A DNA stretch of 64,000 nt from Plasmodiophora brassicae (taxonomy: Eukaryota): assembly GCA_036867785.1 (NCBI GenBank), contig CP145410.1, positions 1,364,001 through 1,428,000 of the forward strand. The letters are read 5' to 3'. The notes under the pieces are model-generated. The model saw only the letters and a program-made list of their open reading frames with translations, had not been told where the DNA came from and made no database searches. This document shows, in pieces, positions 56,301 through 64,000 of the stretch. Positions within the stretch are counted from its first letter, which is position 1. Each line of letters starts with the position of its first letter. A program made the position numbers and the translations under genes.

Positions 56301-59300
56301 ATGTTGCAGGCGGGGCGCCGCGCGTCCATCGCGGGCACCGCCCGATCCCATGGGCGGCCGCCTGCGCCGACATCGACGCTGCCGTCGCCGTTTCAACGCC
56401 TGCGATATGGCGTCGAGATGATGACCAAGAAGATTGGTGGAGCGCGGCAGAATATTTTGGATAAGGTTGCAATGTGCACAGTGCGTCCAGGCAGCACATT
56501 CTGACATGGGGACGATGTAGACCGAAGACCTGACACGGCAGAAGGCGTATAACGAGTCGCTCCGTGCCCAGGCTCTAGAAATCGTACAAAGCATCGAGCT
56601 GCGCAGCAATGAACTCAGTCGTCTTGAGCAAGCTCTGTCGGCCATCGACCTCAAGGGGAAGAACGTAACCGACATTCTGTCAGCCACGGCAAACGACAGT
56701 GACGCAAATGACCGTCGCCTTCAAAGCGAGCGCCGGGCCCTGATGGCCGCCGGCAACTTGCATCAGCAAAGTGTGGAACGCCTTGACCAAGCATCGTCTG
56801 AACTAGAGGCGGACAATGCGTCGTTGCAGAAAGAGACTCTCAATCATGATTCAAGTACGTAATTAGTCTCCCTTGTCGCCTCGTCTGCTTACTCATATGG
56901 TTCAGCTCGGGACTGGTGCGACACGGCCAACGTTATTGAGGCTGACTCACAACGCTTGAAGCAAGATCTTGCTGAACAGGTTGAACACGCAATGTCCGGT
57001 TAGAACGGTGTCAGTTGCATGCATGTGCTGATGGGTTAACGGGGTTCGTAGTTAGGAGCTCAATTGAATCCTGCACTGCCACTATTGAGGACGAAGCGGG
57101 CCTCTGGCGTGACAGGGCGGCACGTGTCGAATCCGCCTGTTCCGATATAACTCCCAGTCGGCTCCTTCTTTCAGGGACGAAGAAGTCGCTGATTGAGCAG
57201 TTCGAGCTTGTTCAAGCAGACGTGAAAACTGCCCGACAAGAGATCCGATCCTTGGAAGCGGCTCATGGAGTAAGTCAGCGTCAATCGCTCGCTGTTTATG
57301 GAAACTAAGTTAGCCTACAGTGCATAACGGATCTGTTATCGCAGAAGGCGGTCAATGCCGACAACATCCGAGCCGTCGAAAAGGAACTTCAGATGGCAGA
57401 ACTCACGTTGCAAGAATATTCGAAGACTATCAATGAAGCCGGCCTCGATAAGGGCGAGATTGCGGATGCGATATGTAAGCATCAACATGCGAAAGAGGCC
57501 CTAATATCACGGTAGGCAGTATACGCGCACAGTGGTTTATTTCTGATGTTTCACTTTTTAGCATTGAGCCCATGGAAAACGACTTGGCCCATCTAAAACA
57601 CAAGCTTGACGCTGTTTCTTTAGATCTGATACGCTACCAAGGAGAACTGGCTGCCAGGCAGGATGCTCTTGATAGTGGGCGCGATGCTCGACTTGCTGCT
57701 GAGAGCGATGTCGACCAGAGGATTACTGATACAAGCCGAATGCTATCATGTCTGTCACGGCAGCTACAGGTCACATTTATCATGTTTGATCTGGATCAGA
57801 TATATGACGATTGTATTCAGGTGCTTGAATCAGTGTCAGATGCTAACAAGAAGCTTTATGAAGAGCAGCAGGGCGCTGTTGATTTGCTGGCTAGTAAGCA
57901 GGTTGCCTGCCGCGTCAGCAGAACCATTAACGCGCAGTGTCAGGTGGATTATCTCAACTTGACGCTACACTCCAGCATTTCAGTCAAGGTCCAGAGGAAA
58001 CTGAAGCTCTGTCCCGTGTGCATGTTCACCTCTCTGGAGTTGTTTCTGACCAAGCTGGTGCGATCTCAGCATGCAGGGGACAACTGGCCGACCTCCAGCA
58101 TCGACTCGACCTTGAAATGGTTCGCCAAGTTGTTGTGCAAGTTTGTACCGTCGTAATCTAGGTATTCCCTTAGGAAATCAACAAGAAGAAAACTGAGCTG
58201 GCAACAATTTCGCGGCAATGGGACGAGGTTTCGAAAGAAGTTGCTCTCATCGCGGAGACCTCTCAGGACAATAGCGAGATCGAGCATGAAGAGGCACAAC
58301 TGGACCAACTCGAGACGGCCTATTTAAATGCGAATGATGAACTACAACGCTGCGAGCATGCGGTACCTCATCTGTGCAACGTGAACTTTGATTTTCTTAT
58401 TCGAATCAGCTTGCTTGTGCTCGGCAAGAACATTCACTACACGTGGCGAGCGTCTCGGATTCGCTTCGTAACGAGTTAACCGAAGCACGCCACAAGGTCC
58501 ACTAAATGTTGAATTGCTGGTTACTGAAGGTCATGCACTGACAAAGTTCGATGTCGGCGAAGCGAATAATGGAGGAGTTCGAAACCGAGTTCCGTCGAAC
58601 TGGAGCGAGTCAAGAGTCTAGACTTGGAGAAAAGGTAATTCCGTCAAGGAGATCTGCGTGTTTCTGCTCTCATTTCATATTAGGCCCTTGAACTCTTGAA
58701 CTTAAAGGGTCTCGAGCGGACGCTTAACGAGGCTCCCCATAACGCTGCTGACGGTACAGTGAAAGCAAATGCTGGCATTGCTCAGGTGCCAAATCAGCCA
58801 GTACGGTTGGAAGCGGAAGCACAAAACAGCTCTGTTACTGTGCAGAAGCCGCCTCCCACAACAAGAAGTTCTCGTTCTGTATGTGGCAGAGTACCTTTGC
58901 GCAAGTATTTGCCGGCTCATGGTGTATCAATTACAGAGAAAAGCAAAGCCGCCGATGTCTTCACATGATGCAGGGGAATGTGTAGAGGAGGTGCGGACAT
59001 CCCATAGACGTCGGGCAGGTGCAGGTAAGCCACAGTATCTTGGTATGGAATCGCTGTTTTAACGTTTCTCCAATTATAGGCAATCGCCATGCTGTGGCGC
59101 CCACTGTTCCGTCTCGGACAACACCGTTGAACAACAACCTAACTGAGACTCTCCATGTAAGCGCTGTTTGGTCGCGGCCGCGCCTGTCATTCACGCACGT
59201 GCAGAATCGAGTGAGTGGGCGCAGAGTCACCAGCGTCCCACTTGACGCTCCCAACAAGGGGATTGCCGACGCTAGAGGCCCACGACGTTCTCGAGGTGCT

Positions 59301-59621
59301 ACCCGCAAATTGAATTATGAAGAGGACTTCACAACCCGCAAAGCAACTGGCAACCCGTCAAACGCGGAGGTGCCCAGTAGCCGCGAAAAGACCAACGCCA
59401 ATACCAGCACTTGCGTCAGCGGCCCCGTGTGTCTTGACAATCCCCAATGCGAGACCTCTCAGGAACCAGCTGCGCCGGCGCCTGTAAGTTCTCATCGTCA
59501 AGACGCTCAACCACTGGATGGCTCAAACCGACGCCGACGCCGTCGCGGTAAAGCCCTGGTCACGTTAAGCACGTCTGGCAACAACGACAGCGACCCGTTC
59601 GGTCTTAGTTTCGGCGCGTGA
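56301..59621 (+). CDS. Intron-rich long coiled-coil protein with basic S/T/P-rich tail (candidate synaptonemal transverse filament)
   Basis: Exon 1 ..GARQNILDK splices in phase 0 to TEDLTRQKAYNESLRAQALEI.. Many heptad exons follow. Last exon ends RRRRRGK..NDSDPFGLSFGA*. The full splice model is not resolved. Confidence 0.55.
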
Positions 59622-59875
59622 CCGCTGCTTCGAGCCTGCATCTGCTCCGAGAGCCAATCGTGTCCACTCCCTACGTATATATAAATATAGTCAATGACTC
59701 TCCATACACCTACCAGGCTAGATGGCCGGACGGGCCGCTGCTGCGCGGGAACAGAGCCCCGTTGTGCCCCGGCCGCACGGGGGCATTGAGGCCCAGTTGT
59801 GGGCGATCGTAGCGCAGTTTTCTGGTTGTGCGGGAGCGTCGCGCCCGCAGTGTGGCGGCACCGCCTCGTCAGGAG

Positions 59876-60019
59876 ATGGGTCGCGGCACTGGATGGAAAC
59901 CCGACGAGGATATGTCCCTGATGCGTTCGTTCCTCGATGCATCAGAGGAATTCAGGGCTGCCGCCGATCTGAAGTTGAACGAGTTCTGGGACCAGGTCCT
60001 GCACCGGTTCCTGACGTAC
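59876..60019 (+). pseudogene. Truncated Myb/SANT-like (Harbinger-derived or NAM-associated type) ORF interrupted by a CACTA element
   Basis: MGRGTGWKPDEDMSLMRSFLDASEE..EFWDQVLHRFLTY resembles the W..EED..L..AWL..S..FW..I..F pattern. Similarity stops at CACTG 60020. Confidence 0.6.
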
Positions 60020-60033
60020 CACTGGAAAAATAT

Positions 60034-60131
60034 CAGTGCCGAATTAGTGCCGTCCCCTTCATTACCCAATCGGCACCTTTTCGGCGTTTAGCGGCACCAA
60101 TTCGGCACTAGGTAGTGCCAATTAAGTGCCG
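60034..60131. repeat. Subterminal direct and inverted repeats built on (C)GGCAC/GTGCC(G)
   Basis: AGTGCCGAATTAGTGCCG (60035-60052) is the reverse complement of CGGCACCAATTCGGCACT (60092-60109) with one mismatch. GGCACTA-GG-TAGTGCC forms a hairpin at 60104-60119. Confidence 0.85.
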
Positions 60132-60549
60132 TTTTCGGGACCGGATTTCCCAAAAAATGCGCTCCACGGGCATTCTCCAAAAATCTCGATTGAATTTTTC
60201 CTCCGTCCAGTAATAGAATAGAATGGTACCCCAGATTCTGAGACACTATCGTATTTGGTATTGCCGTTAACAATAGAATAGAATATGATTAACGAATGGT
60301 TTATTGAACGGTAGCTGTTTCTTGATGGGCGCCGATCCGCCGTTAACCACGACGCCAATATGCCTTCCGGATCGCCTAAGTGGCAGAGCTTCATTGTCCG
60401 CCACCCACGAACATCCTCAGGGCCTAAAACCTGCATGTCAAATGATGCAACTGGATGTGAACAACAACGGTTGTACCCTCCACCGCCCCTGCCCGCAAGG
60501 CCGCCTATATTCATACATAACGCAATGAGGGCACATGATGTTAAACGCT

Positions 60550-61500
60550 GTCGTTGCGTACCATTGGGGCCAGCCGGATGCGAAGGCACTTGATACTGGG
60601 ACTGCATCCGAACGCATTGTAAGTAATGGAGTCGCCAGAACCGTCGAATACGTACCGCGTCCCGCAGCGCCGCCTTGATCGCGCCCGAGAATAAAGAATA
60701 AAATGAGGTGCTGGCGAAGACGGGTTCCTCCGCCGCTTGGATGTACTCGTTCCTCAACTGGAATAGGAACTGGAATAGGTTATCGTTCCGTACTGCACAT
60801 CAAGCTGACTGTTATCAAATCAAACGCCGGAGGCAGACGTGGTCGAGTACGTGAGAGGTCACGGAAGATGGCATTGCGCGCCGGACTCGCAGGAGATGAG
60901 GTCCTGCGACGAACCTGCCCCGTCCTTCTGTGTAGCGCCCTCCTGTACTGCTTGATGACTTCGGCAAATTAGAAACGCATATAAAGTGGAATTCCAAACA
61001 ATCGACATACGCTGGCGGGTGTCTTCCATGGTCCACTCTTGAGCGGGCAAGCCCAGCTGTTCCGCCGCCTCCGCCAGGATTCTCTGATGCAGGACGGCGT
61101 TCTTTGTGGGACAGTTCCGCTCCCGATGGCCTGACGTGTACACACTGATAAACGAGAGCAATTAACGTCCTTGACTTCGGACACACACAAACGAATACCT
61201 GGCATACAGACCAGGAAACCAAGCGCACAGAACCTTGCGCTCCGGCGTCAGGGCCCGGTGAGGTCCTTGCGCTGCGAACCGTTCGTATACCGATGCGTCT
61301 GCTGCCGATGGCATTTGAAGAATGAGGATGCGGGTGCCAAGTCGTCGTCGGTGTCGGGGCCCGGATCGGAATTTGGATCGCGCGCCACCTTGTCAGTGAG
61401 TGGTGGAGGAACAGCGTCGGGCCCCATTCGACAATCGTGTGGTGGAGAGGGCCCCTCGGGACGGAAGAAAACGGTGCCCTGGTGGGGAACTACCGAGCCG
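60550..61500 (-). CDS. Possible second (TnpA-like) spliced ORF of the CACTA element
   Basis: Helical-looking fragments (HQRILAEAAEQLGLPAQEWTMEDTRQRMSIVW; SFYSLFSGAIKAALRDAVRIRRFW) downstream of the transposase. Boundaries are approximate. Confidence 0.3.
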
Positions 61501-61568
61501 GCGCTGCGAAAGGGGCGCCCGCTCAGGCGCTACGGTTGTGAAGGTTAGACGCGCCGTGCAGAATGTTT

Positions 61569-64000
61569 TTATTCGTTGGGCACTGTAGAATATAGACAGC
61601 TCGGTGCCATGTTGCCACGAGGAACTACGCAGACGAGTTTAGCGTGTACATGACGGCCACCACACGGAATTTGGCAGGCAACAAGGACGACATTGTTGCT
61701 TTCGATCTCATTGGCAGCAACCCAGGGCGATTCGTCATCGCCAGGACGGATAGGATTGCCTGAACAAATGTACAAATCAATACATGAGAAACATCCACGA
61801 AGAGCATGCGAACCTCTGATGAACTGCGGCAGTCTCCCGCCGACAGATCCCCCAACACGCTTGAGCTTCTTCCAGGCGGAAACGCGGATGATCGGGAAAA
61901 GGGTAGATTGGCCATGACCATCGTAATACGGTAACTCCAGCATGCAGAACATTTCGGCTGTTCCAAGGTACAGGCCGTCGTCAGTGAAGTTCGCCAAGAA
62001 GTGACGATTGCTCGACTTCCGGTAGGAGGTATCAGCATCATGTGTTCGAAAGAGACACGCACCTAAGAATTGCAACGATTAAATACGATTAACAGCAGCA
62101 TCCGCCCTACGAAAGACGTACCGACTAGAAGACGATCGCAGCAATCCAGGCGACTTGGAAGGCATAGACCATGGTACTGCTGCTGAATGTCCCCAGTCTG
62201 ACAAAAAGCGTCAAAGTTTGACGGCTGGCGCCTGACGTGGTGATACGAGGATATCTGAACGCCAGTCGAACGTTCGAACTGCTCGACAAGCTGAACGTAC
62301 TTGCGCCTCCACGGATGGTTGCGTAAGCTGGGCCACTGCTCCTCGTCGACCAGTGTCGCATGCAGCCAGGTTCGCTCCATAGTGTTCAGCACGTACGCCT
62401 TGATTTCGCCTTTGAATTCAATCGGTAGCGACGCCGGAAACGAGTCCGGGCACCCGAACAGAAACGGGTTGTCGTTGTCGAACATGTACATACTGTGTAG
62501 GTCTAGCCTCAGCAACGCTGCCGCGGAGATCAGCTGAACGTTGCCGGCGATGTTCATTGTGAAGCCTTGCGTGGCTGTCAGGATCGACTTCATCCTCTTG
62601 ATCCACCGTTCCATTGGATAGGTCCATACGAAACCAGAAAGAGGGCCCCATTGGCGAATGACTTCCGGAAGGTGGATCATCGAAGGCATCTGAACGGCAA
62701 CAGTGCGGCGATGAATGTACAGATACGACATTGATAATCGGGGCACGTACCGATATCGTCAACAGCTTGCCAGGAATTACAGTTTCCAGCCGGGCACACG
62801 CATCGAGGAACGTTTGCGCCACAGCGTCGAACGACGACCGGTCGAAGGACTTCGACAGAATCATCATCGATGAGTGCATGAAAGCGAAAACAGTTCCCCA
62901 GGATAGGGCAGAATCGGAACTGTTGAACAGGGCCGTGCCAATCAAACCCGCAAAGATGGCGATTCCGACATCACTTGCCCAAATCAGCCAATCGTGAGAT
63001 TTCATCGAAGACTGGTACGGGTTCTTCGGGCGGTCACAGTTTCCGGTGGGCCACTCCAACGACTCTATCGCACTACCAATCTGCCTTGCAGCAGACGAAG
63101 CCAAAGTCGTCGCTGGAAAACGGCGATTGTTGGGAATCGTCAACACGGGAACGTCGGGAACAACGCGACCAAACGCACGGTCGATCTAATCCGCAAATGA
63201 GTTTGACGATGAAGTACAACAAATTGCGATCAAACCTCTGGAGAAAGCAATTCTTTGCCATTCCCATGCCAATCGAAGCACTTGACCAGACGCGGGATAA
63301 CACGCATACAGAATGCATGCATGGGATCATGCACGTACTGCGAAGCATGGCCGAACCCGCTCAATAATCCGACTGAATAAATGTCATGGCCAGGGACTCG
63401 ATGCCCACCGGTATCACCAGATGTCATTCGCAGACGCATCTCGGAATCCAGTTTCGGTTGAGCATCCTTGAGAAACTGGCATTCCTGCCGTCTAGTTCGA
63501 TCGCGATCTCGGTCGTCTGGACTTTCCGGGAACTTACTTCTTCCCAGTTCGGTCATCGACGTGAAAAACGATCTGCTCATCTGAGTACAAAGTCTTAGAC
63601 GGCCGTGCAAATCGTGAATATTATAGCGGCTTACAGCCTCTCGGACGTCTTCAGAAGACCATCGCCAAAGACCTGGAAACACAGTAGCGTGGCTCGCCGC
63701 GAAATGATAGCCTTGAACGTGACACCGGTTGCAGGCGTCCAGCTTTCCGCCTTGGGAGCAACGAGTTGTGAGGCTGAACTCTTTGTAATCTAATGTCTGT
63801 CACAAATTGGATATATGTAAGCAGAAATGACACGAGCAGATGGAGAAGGGAGTACGTACAGCACACGATAGAACTGCCCTTGCAGTTGCCGTCCCAGTTG
63901 TCGCATCGAACACAGGGAACCCGAGTTGGAACATCAGGTTTAATTCGAACGTGTCGAGGCGAAGAAACGCTGCACGATGACCTCGCGCGATGTGCGGTAT
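61569..64000 (-). CDS. CACTA/EnSpm Tnp2-like transposase, spliced, 5' part outside the window
   Basis: HDPMHAF, MKSHDWLIW and HLPEVIRQWGPLSGFVWTYPMERWIKRMKS match the Tnp2 motifs D.MH, KSHD and HL..I..GP..W.YP.ER. Confidence 0.85.

Larger units (their letters stand above)
60020..64000 (-). mobile_element. CACTA/EnSpm DNA transposon, left end in the window and continuing beyond it
   Basis: Terminus CACTGGAAAAA at 60020, subterminal GGCAC/GTGCC repeats, lower GC, and an internal Tnp2-type transposase. Confidence 0.75.

Noticed and set aside
59284-59330. RRSRGATRKLNYEE as a shugoshin SGO motif
   Set aside because: Lacks the following PxL..KLRR, and the coiled coil is far too long for shugoshin.
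60104-60119. Hairpin with CTAG as a Helitron 3' end
   Set aside because: Better explained as CACTA subterminal repeats next to a Tnp2 transposase; no Rep/helicase is present.

Overview
Gene-dense, GC-rich eukaryotic DNA with many short (~50-75 nt) GT-AG introns carrying CTGAC-type branch points and very short intergenic gaps. The style and gene content (flagellar genes, GH18 chitinase) suggest a plasmodiophorid such as Plasmodiophora brassicae; this is my inference, not verified. I can support about 27 genes. Conserved ones: CSN2, CEP131, a TBC1D22/GYP1-type RabGAP, a METTL21-family methyltransferase, GDAP2, NC2beta/DR1, UTP10/HEATR1, an ODAD1/DC2-family protein, a GH18 chitinase, an F-box/LRR protein and an Nsl1-like protein. 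Unusual ones: a convergent SPFH paralog pair; a ~3,800-aa SMB-IPT-Cys-rich multi-TM receptor; an intronless island of three paralogous secreted proteins sharing an LPxIR motif with a U-box/SH3b-like ligase between copies 2 and 3; a kinase-pseudophosphatase-Zn fusion; a head-to-head PKD2-like pair whose candidate start codons overlap on one CCATGG palindrome; and a candidate synaptonemal transverse-filament gene. The window ends inside a CACTA/EnSpm transposon that appears to have inserted into a Myb/SANT-like ORF. No rRNA, tRNA or CRISPR array was seen. Gene spans include introns, splice models were made by eye, and family calls come from remembered motifs rather than database searches.
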